From Syntrophales bacterium (lineage in GTDB: Bacteria > Desulfobacterota > Syntrophia > Syntrophales > UBA6807): a DNA stretch of 64,000 nt. Of the stretch, positions 1-9,493 are shown piece by piece. The stretch is taken from NCBI GenBank assembly GCA_040767195.1, contig JAXGPA010000001.1, positions 896,001 to 960,000 of the forward strand, written 5' to 3'. The first letter of the stretch is position 1. Each line of letters opens with the position of its first letter. The position numbers and the translations under genes were made by a program. A model generated the notes under the pieces. It was not told the origin of the DNA. It worked only from the letters and a program-made list of their open reading frames with translations, and searched no databases.

Positions 1-611
1 CGGGCCACGTCGGTTTCCCAGACGTCCTGATCGACGTAGAACTTGGCCACGCTCCGGGAAAGGGCGAAGTCCCCCCCGATGGGCTGACGGATCCGCTTCC
101 CGTACAGGGCCCGGGTGAGATTGTACACGATGTTGTTGGTGATGGTCCCGTCATACTTGTGGCGCACATAGACGGGGGCCACGAAATCATACCCCCCCTG
201 CATGACGGGGTCGATGAGATATTTCACCCAGTCGGGGGTAATGCTCCGCAGATCCGAGTCCACAACGGCGCAGGCCTTCACCTGGAGGCGGGCCGCCGCC
301 TCGAAAACGGAACGAAGGGCCGTGCCCTTCCCACCGGGTCCCCGGTAGATGGAAACGATTTTTTCCTGCCAGGGCTTGATCTGGAATTCCTTGGCCACCT
401 CCCGGGTGTCGTCGGTGGACCCGCCGTCGGCGACGACGATGACGCTTCGCCTGTCCTTGAAGTGCCTGGCCAGACCGTGGCTGACCTTCTGAATCACGTG
501 CTCGATGGTTTTTTCATTGTTGAAAGAGGGAATCCCCACGAGAATGTCCGCCTGCTCGATTTCCTCCAGCCGCTTTCCCGTGTATCCTCTCAGGGCGGTG
601 TTGTAATGCAT
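1..611 (-). CDS. GT2-family glycosyltransferase, glucosylglycerate/mannosylglycerate synthase-like (3' end outside window)
   Basis: Manual translation from ATG at 611: MHYNTALRGYTGKRLEEIEQADILVGIPSFNNEKTI...VADGGSTDDT...GKGTALR...VVDSDLRSITPDW...RHKYDGTITN...RQPIGGDF; DxD motif; not in the ORF track because it runs off the edge. Confidence 0.8.
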   Translation of the reverse strand, partial: MHYNTALRGYTGKRLEEIEQADILVGIPSFNNEKTIEHVIQKVSHGLARHFKDRRSVIVVADGGSTDDTREVAKEFQIKPWQEKIVSIYRGPGGKGTALRSVFEAAARLQVKACAVVDSDLRSITPDWVKYLIDPVMQGGYDFVAPVYVRHKYDGTITNNIVYNLTRALYGKRIRQPIGGDFALSRSVAKFYVDQDVWETDVA

Positions 612-752
612 GGCGTTTCCTCTCGATTTTTTACAATTTACCTTATCATATCGGCCAAAGGGTAACAACCTCGACGGCGCCGGGGCAGCCGCGAACCGTC
701 GGTATCCCTGCATGACAAAAGGATGAAAAAGGAAAAACAAGAGAAAAGAACG

Positions 753-796
753 GCTTCACGGGATCTTCATCTTTCTGTCACACCTTTGTAACATAA
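753..796 (+). promoter_or_regulatory. Pho box (PhoB operator), four 11-bp tandem repeats
   Basis: GCTTCAC / TCTTCAT / CTGTCAC / TTGTAAC at exact 11-bp period (TCA/TAA cores at 756, 767, 778, 789), ~60 bp upstream of pstS; resembles the CTGTCAT consensus. Confidence 0.7.
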
Positions 797-856
797 AAAC
801 CGTAGGATGCCTTCCAGGATGACATGAAAGGAAAAAATCGACCGAGGAGGTCCCAA

Positions 857-1675
857 ATGAAAAAAAGCAGATTCATCCAGACCCTGGTCGCCGTGACCGT
901 CCTTTGCTTCGGCACGACGGCATTCGCGGCGACCCAGGTCGTCGTCAACGGGTCGACCACCGTGCTTCCCGTAGCCCAGGCGGCGGCGGAAGCGTACATG
1001 AAAAGCCGCAGCGACGTGAGCATCTCCATCTCCGGCGGCGGTTCGGGAAACGGCATCAAGGCCCTCATCGACGGCACGACGGACATCGCCAACTCGTCCC
1101 GCTTTCTCAAGGACAAGGAAGTCCAGTCGGCCATGGAAAAAGGCGCCTACCCCGTCCCCTTCCGGATCGCCATGGACGCCATCGTCCCCATCGTCCACCC
1201 CCGTAACCCCGTCAAGGACCTCACCATCGAGCAGCTGAGCCTCATTTACCAGGGAAAGATCAGGAACTGGAAGGAAGTGGGCGGGGAAGACCTCCAGATT
1301 GTCATCGTGTCCCGGGACACCAGTTCCGGCACCTACGAGGTCTGGGAGGAAAAGGTCCTTCACAAGGCCAAGGTGAGCCCCCGGGCCCAGCTCCAGGCCT
1401 CGAACGGCGCCGTCTCCCAGGCCGTTTCCAAGAACCGCTACGCCATCGGTTACATCGGCTTCGGATACCTGAACAAGGACGTGAAGGCCCTGCAGGTGAA
1501 CGGCATCGAAGCGACCATGGAATCGTCCCTCGCCGGCGTCTACCCCGTCTCCCGTCCCCTCTTCATGTTCACCCGAGGATGGCCCACCGGTGCCGTGTCC
1601 GATTTCATGAACTACATCCTGAGTCCCAAGGGCCAGGAAATCGTCAAGAAGGAAGGGTACATCCCCCTTTACTAA
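857..1675 (+). CDS. pstS: Phosphate ABC transporter substrate-binding protein
   Basis: Signal peptide; GSTTV, GGGSGNG, SRDTSSGT motifs; GAGGAGG RBS; first gene of the pst operon. Confidence 0.95.
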   Translation: MKKSRFIQTLVAVTVLCFGTTAFAATQVVVNGSTTVLPVAQAAAEAYMKSRSDVSISISGGGSGNGIKALIDGTTDIANSSRFLKDKEVQSAMEKGAYPVPFRIAMDAIVPIVHPRNPVKDLTIEQLSLIYQGKIRNWKEVGGEDLQIVIVSRDTSSGTYEVWEEKVLHKAKVSPRAQLQASNGAVSQAVSKNRYAIGYIGFGYLNKDVKALQVNGIEATMESSLAGVYPVSRPLFMFTRGWPTGAVSDFMNYILSPKGQEIVKKEGYIPLY

Positions 1676-1679
1676 ACCT

Positions 1680-1755
1680 CCCGGGCTTCATGCCTCGGGT
1701 TTTTCAGAAAAGCATCATTTTGCGGAACCGGAGGCGGTTGAAAAATACCGCCTCC
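1680..1755 (+). terminator. Two intergenic stem-loops after pstS (partial terminator / mRNA stabiliser)
   Basis: cccgggc..gcctcggg followed by a T-run (1680-1704), and ggaggcggt-8nt-accgcctcc (1730-1755). Confidence 0.5.
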
Positions 1756-1796
1756 CGTCGTATTCTGATTGCTGAAAAAGCAGGCTGCCAAAGGCC

Positions 1797-2684
1797 ATGA
1801 CACGAACCCTGAAAGAAAAACTCATTAAACAGGTCTTTTTTCTCCTTGCCCTGGTCTCCGTCGTCGTTTTGGGGCTCATCGTCATCTTTCTCTTCATGGA
1901 AGGCCTTCCCATTTTCCTGGTAACGTCCCTGAAAGACTTCCTTTTCGGTGTCGAGTGGTATCCCACCTACGATCCCCCCGATTTCGGGATCGGGGCCCTC
2001 ATTGTCGGGTCCTTCGCCGTCACCCTCGGTGCCACTGTCATCGCCGTTCCCCTCGGCATTTTATCGGCCGTCTACATTTCCGAGATCGCCCCGGGGCCGG
2101 TCAAGGAGGTTTTCAAGCCCGTCGTCGAGCTTCTCGCCGGCCTCCCCTCGGTTGTCCTCGGCTTCTTCGGCATGGCCGTCATCGCCCCCTGGATGCAGGA
2201 AACCTTCGATCTGCCCACGGGACTCAACATCGCCAACGCTTCGCTTGTTCTCGCCTTCATGGCCATACCCACCATCTCGAGCATTTCCGAGGATGCCCTC
2301 TACGCCGTTCCCCAGGAATTCAAGGAGGCCTCCTACGCCCTCGGGGCGACGAAGTTCGAAACCATCACCCGGGTGATTGTCCCCGCGGCCCTCTCGGGTA
2401 TCTCCACGGCCGTCATTCTCGGCATGGCCCGGGCCATCGGGGAAACCATGGTGGTTCTCATGGTGGCGGGCGGCGCGGCCATGATCCCCGAAAGTATCTT
2501 CGATTCCGTCCGGCCCATGCCCGCAAGCATCGCCGCCGAAATGGGGGAAGCCCCCTTCCGGAGCGATCACTACCATGCCCTTTTCGCCACGGGAATCGTC
2601 CTGTTTTTCCTGACTCTGGGGTTCAATCTCATCGCCGACTACGTATCCAACAAATTCAAGGAAACGGGTTCCGCAACCTTATGA
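1797..2684 (+). CDS. pstC: Phosphate ABC transporter permease PstC
   Basis: [30 protein letters not shown] motifs; operon position. Confidence 0.95.
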   Translation: MTRTLKEKLIKQVFFLLALVSVVVLGLIVIFLFMEGLPIFLVTSLKDFLFGVEWYPTYDPPDFGIGALIVGSFAVTLGATVIAVPLGILSAVYISEIAPGPVKEVFKPVVELLAGLPSVVLGFFGMAVIAPWMQETFDLPTGLNIANASLVLAFMAIPTISSISEDALYAVPQEFKEASYALGATKFETITRVIVPAALSGISTAVILGMARAIGETMVVLMVAGGAAMIPESIFDSVRPMPASIAAEMGEAPFRSDHYHALFATGIVLFFLTLGFNLIADYVSNKFKETGSATL

Positions 2685-3535
2685 AATGGCGATATCTGAA
2701 ACAGAACGTCTTCTTCCTCATGGTCCGCCTGTCGGCCCTGTCCATCGCCGTCGCCATCGGGGCCTTCCTTTTTTATATCTTCTACCACGGCGCCGGCGTC
2801 ATCAGCTGGAGCTTCCTCACCGAACCCCCGCGGGATGCCATGACGAAAGGTGGGATCATGCCGGCCATCCTGGGGACCTTCTACCTGACCCTGGGGGCCC
2901 TCATGATTGCCCTGCCCCTGGGGATCACGTCGGCCGTCTATCTCAGCGAGTATGCCAAACAGGGACCCGCGGTCCGGATCATCCGTATCGGCGTGAACTG
3001 CCTGGCCGGGGTTCCCTCCATCGTTTTCGGTCTTTTCGGCCTCGGGCTCTTCGTGGTGTTTCTGCAATTCGGGTCGTCCATCGCCTCCGGCGCCCTGACC
3101 CTCGGGTTTCTCATCCTGCCGACCATCATCGGGGCATCCGAGGAAGCCCTGAAAGCCGTTCCCAGAACATTCCGGGAGGCCTCCCTGGCGCTCGGCGTTT
3201 CCAAGTGGCAGACCATCTTCCGGATTGTTCTTCCCAGCGCCCTCCCGGGGATTCTCACCGGCTCGATCCTCGGTATTGGCCGGGCGGCGGGGGAGACGGC
3301 GCCCATCATGTTCACCGCCGCGGCCTTTTTCACGCCCCTTCTCCCCAAATCCATATTCGACCAGGTCATGGCCCTGCCTTACCACGTGTACGTCCTGGCG
3401 ACGGCGGGGACCCACATCGAGGAAACGCGGCCCATCCAGTACGGCACCATCGTCGTTCTCGTCGCCCTCGTCCTGGGGATCGATCTTGTCGCCATCATCA
3501 TCCGAAGCTGGATCCGAAAAAAGAAAAGGTGGTAA
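2681..3535 (+). CDS. pstA: Phosphate ABC transporter permease PstA
   Basis: Starts at the ATGA overlap with the pstC stop (MKWRYLK); [29 protein letters not shown]. Confidence 0.95.
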   Translation: MKWRYLKQNVFFLMVRLSALSIAVAIGAFLFYIFYHGAGVISWSFLTEPPRDAMTKGGIMPAILGTFYLTLGALMIALPLGITSAVYLSEYAKQGPAVRIIRIGVNCLAGVPSIVFGLFGLGLFVVFLQFGSSIASGALTLGFLILPTIIGASEEALKAVPRTFREASLALGVSKWQTIFRIVLPSALPGILTGSILGIGRAAGETAPIMFTAAAFFTPLLPKSIFDQVMALPYHVYVLATAGTHIEETRPIQYGTIVVLVALVLGIDLVAIIIRSWIRKKKRW

Positions 3536-3537
3536 TC

Positions 3538-4302
3538 GTGCAGGACAATAACACCATCATCCAGTGCCAGAATGTAAATTTCTATTACGGAAACTTCCGG
3601 GCCCTGACGGATGTGACCATGGACTTTGAACAGAACCGGGTGACGGCCCTCATCGGCCCGTCGGGATGCGGGAAGTCCACCCTCCTGCGACTGCTCAACC
3701 GGATGAACGACCTCATCGACGGAACCCGGGTGGAAGGGCGTATCCTTTTCGAGGGAAGGGACATTTACGGGGACAAGGTCGACCCCGTGGAAGTCCGGAA
3801 ACGCATCGGCATGGTCTTTCAGAAGCCCAACCCCTTCCCCAAGTCCATTTTCAACAACATCACCTACGGTCCCCGTCTCGCGGGACTGCAGAGAAAAAGC
3901 GACCTGGAGGCCCTGGTGGAGCGGAGCCTGAAGCAGGCCTCCCTCTGGGAGGAGGCCAGGGACATTCTGGGCCAGTCCGCCATGATGCTCTCCGGTGGCC
4001 AGCAGCAGCGCCTGTGCATCGCCCGGGCGCTGGCCATGAAACCGGACATCCTCCTCATGGACGAGCCCACGTCCGCGCTGGATCCCATTTCCACCGCGAA
4101 AATAGAGGAATTGATTGACGAATTGAAAAAACAGTATACGATTATCATCGTTACCCACAACATGCAGCAGGCCGCCCGGGTCTCCGACAGTACCGGCTTC
4201 TTCTACCTGGGGAAACTCATCGAGTTCAATCCCACGGAGAAGCTCTTTACCAACCCCGATGAAAAGCAGACGGAAGACTACATCACGGGGCGTTTCGGCT
4301 GA
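3538..4302 (+). CDS. pstB: Phosphate ABC transporter ATP-binding protein
   Basis: [29 protein letters not shown]-terminal YITGRFG; GTG start at 3529 or 3538. Confidence 0.95.
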   Translation: MQDNNTIIQCQNVNFYYGNFRALTDVTMDFEQNRVTALIGPSGCGKSTLLRLLNRMNDLIDGTRVEGRILFEGRDIYGDKVDPVEVRKRIGMVFQKPNPFPKSIFNNITYGPRLAGLQRKSDLEALVERSLKQASLWEEARDILGQSAMMLSGGQQQRLCIARALAMKPDILLMDEPTSALDPISTAKIEELIDELKKQYTIIIVTHNMQQAARVSDSTGFFYLGKLIEFNPTEKLFTNPDEKQTEDYITGRFG

Positions 4303-4343
4303 TCCGGAAAGGACGAGGACGGAAGGAAAGGAAAGGGAACACT

Positions 4344-5042
4344 ATGAAAGTCCACACCAGCTCCCAGTACGAACGTGATCTGAAGGACGTCAAGGAGAGT
4401 CTCGTCTATCTGGGCGCCCTCGTGGAAAAGGCCATCGACAAGGCCGTCAAGGCCCTCCTGGACCGGAATTCCGATCTCGCCCGGAACACCATCGCCGGCG
4501 ACCGGGTCATCGACCGCCTGGACGAGGAAATCGAGGAAAAATGCATCACCCTTCTCGCCCTTCGCCAGCCCATAGCCCGGGACCTCCGGTTCATAACCAC
4601 GGCCATCAAGATCAACGGACACCTGGAACGGATCGGCGACATGGCGGTGACCATCGCCAAGAGGGCCATCGCCCTGAACGAGGAACCCCAGCTGAAACCC
4701 TACATCGACCTGCCCCGGATGGCGGAAATCGCCGAGGGGATGATCCGGAACAGCCTGGACGCTCTGATCCAGGAGGACGTCACCCTGGCAAACCGGGTCC
4801 GGCGGGAGGACGACATCATCGACAAGCTGAACGAGCAGATTTTCCGGGAGCTTCTCACCTTCATCATGGAAGACCCCAAGACCACCCACCGGGCGCTCCT
4901 CATCATGCAGATCTCCAAGAACCTAGAGAGAATCTCCGATCACGCCAAGAGCATCGCCGACATGGTGGTTTTCCTGGTAACAGGCAGGAACGTTCGCCAC
5001 GAGTATCCCGGCGAACCCAACGGGGCGGCGTCCCGGGAGTGA
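4344..5042 (+). CDS. phoU: Phosphate signalling protein PhoU
   Basis: QPIARDLR and two LERIxD repeats. Confidence 0.95.
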   Translation: MKVHTSSQYERDLKDVKESLVYLGALVEKAIDKAVKALLDRNSDLARNTIAGDRVIDRLDEEIEEKCITLLALRQPIARDLRFITTAIKINGHLERIGDMAVTIAKRAIALNEEPQLKPYIDLPRMAEIAEGMIRNSLDALIQEDVTLANRVRREDDIIDKLNEQIFRELLTFIMEDPKTTHRALLIMQISKNLERISDHAKSIADMVVFLVTGRNVRHEYPGEPNGAASRE

Positions 5043-5064
5043 AAAAGGAAACCGGAAGGGAATC

Positions 5065-6852
5065 ATGAGGGGAAATCTTTTTTACAAGGTCCTGGCCACC
5101 TACATCATCATCGTCCTTACGGCCATGGCCGTGGTCGGCTACATGGGAAGCCGCCAGCTCCGGGAGCGGGTTCTGCGGGAAACAGAGGCCAACCTGAAAA
5201 CCTTCGCGGGCATGGTCGCCCTCATGGCCTCCAAGGAATCGATCAAAGAGAGGATCGCCGAGCTGACCGCCCTGTCGGAAGCCCGGATCACCCTCATCGA
5301 CGGCAACGGCGACGTTCTGGCCGATTCGGACGCCCCGAACGCCGAGATGGACAACCACCTGAACCGCCCGGAAATCCAGGAAGTCCGGGTCCGGGGAACG
5401 GGAACGGCCATTCGGTTCAGCCGGACGCTGGGCATGGACACCATGTATGTCGCCGTCCCTTTCCGAAAGGACGGGAAGATCACGGGATATCTCCGGTTGG
5501 CCCGGCCTCTCGAGGAAATCCGGAAGGCCATCGGTCATTTTTCCTTTCTCCTGTTCCAGTCCTTCCTTCTCGTGGGGGCCCTTTCCTTTCTCATCGCCTT
5601 TCTTTTCACCTCCCGGCTCGTCACACCCATCCAGGAGATGGAACGGTTCACAACGAGGCTCAAAGAAGGGGAACCCGCCGGAACCCTCCTCATCGACTCG
5701 CCCGACGAGGTGGGGCGGCTTGCCCGGAACATCAACGCCATGGTCCTGGAGCTCCAGGAAAGCGCCCGTGTGGCCGGCGAGGAAAAAAGCAAGCTTGAAG
5801 CCGCCTTCGCCAGTATGACCGACGGCGTTCTCGTCCTCGATGATGAAGGGCGCATCGAGGCGATGAACTCGGCCTTCAAGGCCATGCTCGACATCCGCCG
5901 GAGGGATATCCTGGGCAAGACGCCCATCGAGGCCATCCGGAACCTGGAGCTGCAGGAGGCCCTGGACCTCTTCAGAAAAACGGGGGCCCCGGTGACCCGC
6001 GAGATCAAAATTTCCGGCGGGGACCGGCTCATTCTCGACGTCACCATATCGGCGATCCAGGATCTTCCCCGGAACGAAGAAAAAACGATGATCGTCTTTC
6101 ACGATGTGACCCGCCTGAAAAAACTGGAGCGGATGCGGGTGGATTTCGTCGCCAACGTGACCCATGAAATCCGAACCCCCCTGACGGCGATCCTCGGGTT
6201 CATCGAAACCCTGAAGGAAGGCGCCCTGGACGACCGGGAAACGGCGGTCCGCTTCCTCGATGTCATCGCCCGGCACGCCCACCGGCTGAAAAGGCTGGTG
6301 GACGATCTCCTCGTCATCTCGGACATCGAGACGGGAGAAATGAGATTCAACATGGAAACCACCTCGGCGAAGGCCGTCCTGGAATCCCTTCTGCCCATCG
6401 TCGAACAGAAGGCCTCGGCGAAGAACATCGCCCTGGAGCGCCAGATCCCCCAAGACCTGCCTCCCATCCGGGCGGACCGGGACCGGCTTTGCCAGATTTT
6501 TCTGAATGTCCTCGACAACGCCGTAAAATTCACCCCCGAGGGGGGAAAGGTGCGGGTGAACGTCTACGCCGACGGGATGACCAATCTGAACGTAGACGTG
6601 GAAGACACGGGCCCGGGCATCCCGAAAGATGAAATCCCCCGCCTGGGCGAGCGTTTTTACCGGGTTGACAAGACACGGTCCCGGGAACTCGGCGGAACAG
6701 GCCTGGGACTTTCCATCGTGAAGCATCTCCTGAAAGCCCACGGTGGTGAAATGAAAATCGAAAGTTTTCGGGGCCGGGGAACGACGGTCACCCTGGCTTT
6801 TCCCGTCTCGGCGGCAGGCAGCGTCGTCAACCCAGAAAAAGACCTTTCCTGA
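5065..6852 (+). CDS. phoR: Sensor histidine kinase PhoR (TM, HAMP, PAS, HisKA, HATPase)
   Basis: DNHLNRPE, FVANVTHEIRTPLT H-box, ERFYRVDKTRSRELGGTGLGL. Confidence 0.9.
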   Translation: MRGNLFYKVLATYIIIVLTAMAVVGYMGSRQLRERVLRETEANLKTFAGMVALMASKESIKERIAELTALSEARITLIDGNGDVLADSDAPNAEMDNHLNRPEIQEVRVRGTGTAIRFSRTLGMDTMYVAVPFRKDGKITGYLRLARPLEEIRKAIGHFSFLLFQSFLLVGALSFLIAFLFTSRLVTPIQEMERFTTRLKEGEPAGTLLIDSPDEVGRLARNINAMVLELQESARVAGEEKSKLEAAFASMTDGVLVLDDEGRIEAMNSAFKAMLDIRRRDILGKTPIEAIRNLELQEALDLFRKTGAPVTREIKISGGDRLILDVTISAIQDLPRNEEKTMIVFHDVTRLKKLERMRVDFVANVTHEIRTPLTAILGFIETLKEGALDDRETAVRFLDVIARHAHRLKRLVDDLLVISDIETGEMRFNMETTSAKAVLESLLPIVEQKASAKNIALERQIPQDLPPIRADRDRLCQIFLNVLDNAVKFTPEGGKVRVNVYADGMTNLNVDVEDTGPGIPKDEIPRLGERFYRVDKTRSRELGGTGLGLSIVKHLLKAHGGEMKIESFRGRGTTVTLAFPVSAAGSVVNPEKDLS

Positions 6853-6864
6853 GGCGCGGAACAC

Positions 6865-7593
6865 ATGAAAAAACCATCCCAAAAAGCCCCCTTCGGCATC
6901 CTGATCGTGGATGACGAGAAAGACCTGGTCGATCTCGTGGCTTACAACCTGGAAAGGGAAGGTTACGCCGTCCTCAAGGCCTACGACGGCGAAGAAGCCC
7001 TCGACATCATCCGGTCCCGGAAGCCCGATCTCGTTCTTCTCGATCTCATGCTTCCAGGAATCCAGGGCCTGGAAATCTGCCGGATTGTCCGGAGCACCCC
7101 CGAAACGGCGGCTCTTCCCATCATCATGCTCACCGCCAGGGGCGAGGAGACGGACAAGGTCATCGGTCTCGAAATGGGTGCCGACGACTACGTCGCCAAG
7201 CCCTTCAGTGTCCGGGAACTCCTGGCCCGGGTGAGGGCGGTCCTTCGCCGTTACGACATGGCCCAGGAGAAGGAAAGGCCCAAAATGATCCGGCACGGAG
7301 AGCTCCACATCGACCACGACGCCCACGAGGTGACCTTGGGGGACCGGAAAATCACCTTGAGCCCCACGGAATTCCGCCTCCTGTGGTTTCTCGCCCGGAA
7401 CCCCGGGAGGGTCTTTACCCGTGAGATGCTTCTCGACCGCGTCTGGGGCGATGATACCTTCGTGGAACCGAGAACGGTGGACGTCCACGTCCGCAGGCTC
7501 CGCTCCCAGATCGAACCGGACCTGTCAGCCCCCCGCTTCGTCCTCACCGTCCGGGGCGTCGGCTACAAGTTCGCCGGGGCCGACGAGACCTGA
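6865..7593 (+). CDS. phoB: OmpR-family response regulator PhoB
   Basis: LLDLMLPG receiver, PIIMLTARGEE, RTVDVHVRRLR winged helix; follows phoR. Confidence 0.88.
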   Translation: MKKPSQKAPFGILIVDDEKDLVDLVAYNLEREGYAVLKAYDGEEALDIIRSRKPDLVLLDLMLPGIQGLEICRIVRSTPETAALPIIMLTARGEETDKVIGLEMGADDYVAKPFSVRELLARVRAVLRRYDMAQEKERPKMIRHGELHIDHDAHEVTLGDRKITLSPTEFRLLWFLARNPGRVFTREMLLDRVWGDDTFVEPRTVDVHVRRLRSQIEPDLSAPRFVLTVRGVGYKFAGADET

Positions 7594-7768
7594 AAACCCG
7601 ACCTTCCGGCCGCGAAAAACCTTTTACTGTTGTTGGATTCAAGCGTTTCGGATTCCGCCCCGTGACAGAAGACGGGCCAGAACCGTCGGCTGCGAGAGCA
7701 TGATGCCGGTCAGCAATCCTGCAAATACCGTTTCCCCATTTCCCGCGGCAGGGATTCATGAGTCGCCC

Positions 7769-8149
7769 TTATTTTTTTGAAAAATACTTTACCTGACGCA
7801 TACCCTCAAAATCCGAATCCTGGGTCCACAAGGTGGCGTTGAATTCCCGCGCCGTCGCGAGAATGATGGCATCCGCCATGGGAAGATCGTATTCCAGGCT
7901 CACTCTAGAAGCGGCGATTGCCAACGATGGGTTCAGATCCACAACCGAACCTTTCTGCATGGCGGCAACGGCCTGCAGTGCCTCATTCTCGCCGGATTCC
8001 CTGAGAATGACCTTGAAGACCTCGTATATCGTCACCGTCGGGACAACGAGCGCGTCCGAATCGCTGAGCGGGAGAAGGAAATGCCCGGCATTGGGTTCAT
8101 CGGCGAAGTATGCTAGCCAGCCGGAAGAATCGACAATATTCATATTCAT
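7769..8149 (-). CDS. vapC: VapC-family PIN-domain toxin
   Basis: VDSSGW...E, ADAIILATA, LWTQDSDF PIN motifs; overlaps the antitoxin stop. Confidence 0.88.
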   Translation of the reverse strand: MNMNIVDSSGWLAYFADEPNAGHFLLPLSDSDALVVPTVTIYEVFKVILRESGENEALQAVAAMQKGSVVDLNPSLAIAASRVSLEYDLPMADAIILATAREFNATLWTQDSDFEGMRQVKYFSKK

Positions 8150-8352
8150 ATTCGATCCTTCTCTCGCTTGAATTCCGTATCGATGCCCTTGAGAAATCCC
8201 CGGAGTTCCTTGATATCCTTTTCCGGTATCAATTCAATACGTCCCGCATATTCGATAACCTGCATTTTTTGACCTGGACGAAGATTCAATGCCTCCCGGA
8301 TGGTTTTAGGTATAACGACCTGATATTTCGGTGATACGGTTACCGTTTGCAT
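8146..8352 (-). CDS. vapB: AbrB/MazE/SpoVT-family antitoxin
   Basis: VSPKYQVVIPKTIREALNLRPG AbrB fold; 68 aa; directly upstream of the PIN toxin. Confidence 0.88.
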   Translation of the reverse strand: MQTVTVSPKYQVVIPKTIREALNLRPGQKMQVIEYAGRIELIPEKDIKELRGFLKGIDTEFKREKDRI

Positions 8353-8363
8353 ACAATACCTCC

Positions 8364-8411
8364 ATCGATAACTATTCGTATTACGATATTACAATCGATA
8401 GGTTTTGTCAA
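8364..8411 (-). promoter_or_regulatory. Sigma70 promoter and likely autoregulatory operator of vapBC
   Basis: Minus strand TTGACA-17-TATCGT; repeated TATCGAT and GTAATA elements around the -10. Confidence 0.55.
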
Positions 8412-8449
8412 TCACGCTGACTTCTTTTATGGGATTCTATCCGAAACGG

Positions 8450-9211
8450 TCAATCCTTTGCTCTCCCCACGGGGGCGATGTAGATGGTGAACTCCTCCTC
8501 CCCGTCCAGGCGAAGGAGACGGTCCATGGCGTCCTGGTCGTAGGCGGCCACGGCACAGGTTCCCGCGCCGATGGCCTCGCAGGCCAGGTAGAGGTTCTGG
8601 CAGACGTGGCCCGCGTCGAGAGCCAGGACCTTGTAGGAGGCCGCCCCGTAGCGCCACTCCATCCGGTAGGGGATGACCGTCCAGATGAAGGTCACCGCCG
8701 CCCGCCGGGGGTAGGGCTGGCCGTACAGGGCCTCCACGAGTTTCTGGCCGGCGTTTTCCTCCCGGAATTCCAGCAAAAGCTGGTGCTCCAGGGGCAGGAA
8801 GCGGTAGAAGGCCGGCTCCAGGCCGGCCACGTCGAGGACGCACAGGTAGGTCTCAAAGGCGTGGCGGCATCCCGCCGACGGCACGGTGCGGTAGGCGTGA
8901 CCGGCATCGAGGACCTGGCGGATGCCCTGTGTGGCCCACAGGAGAAAGGAGAGCTCGTCGAGGGTGAGAGGATCCTTTCTGTAAAGACGCCGGCTCTGCC
9001 TTCCCGCGATGGCCTGCGCAAGGTCGATGTTTCCGACTCCTTTCCAGGCACCGGGTTTCGGGAGACTCGCCGGGGTCGCCCTTTCTGGAAAGGGCTTTTC
9101 GACGGGAGGCGGGGGGAGGCCCCGGTTCTGGTCCGTCTTCCGGAAGTCCACCTTTTTCCGGACGCCGTCCTTGAGAAAGGACCGATACGTCTTTATGAGA
9201 TCTTTTTCCAT
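8450..9211 (-). CDS. SagB/ThcOx-family nitroreductase-like FMN dehydrogenase
   Basis: RQSRRLY, RTVPSAGCRH, WRYG...LDAGHVCQNLYL. Confidence 0.85.
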   Translation of the reverse strand: MEKDLIKTYRSFLKDGVRKKVDFRKTDQNRGLPPPPVEKPFPERATPASLPKPGAWKGVGNIDLAQAIAGRQSRRLYRKDPLTLDELSFLLWATQGIRQVLDAGHAYRTVPSAGCRHAFETYLCVLDVAGLEPAFYRFLPLEHQLLLEFREENAGQKLVEALYGQPYPRRAAVTFIWTVIPYRMEWRYGAASYKVLALDAGHVCQNLYLACEAIGAGTCAVAAYDQDAMDRLLRLDGEEEFTIYIAPVGRAKD

Positions 9212-9493
9212 GGTTCCTCCCTCCTGGTTTTCCGCAGCCGGTTTTTATGGTGTCTTCGGTAACATCCCTCCCGGGAATGGATCGCCGCCTGTCCATGACG
9301 GGTTGGTTCACTTTAGGACGCCCGGAGGAAGGTTGTCAATCCCTGCCGTTTTCCGCCGGGAAAAACACGGGGTGACAAATCCTCTTTTTTTCTGTAAAAA
9401 AAGCCCAAGGACTCCGGGATGTCCTTCCGGAGGATTCATTCAGGGGAAAGAATTGTGAGCACTCGGAACGTTTCCTCTCTTCAGGGAAAGAAC

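Noticed and set aside
1955..4302. Long N-terminal extensions of pstA and pstB in the ORF track (also the Fe-ADH from 51206 and DUF748 from 19142)
   Set aside because: The extensions overlap upstream genes or leaders in another frame; recognisable protein begins at later starts
8450..9211. SagB-like gene as a sign of a RiPP (azole peptide) cluster
   Set aside because: No YcaO, precursor peptide or transporter nearby; stand-alone members of this family are common in anaerobes
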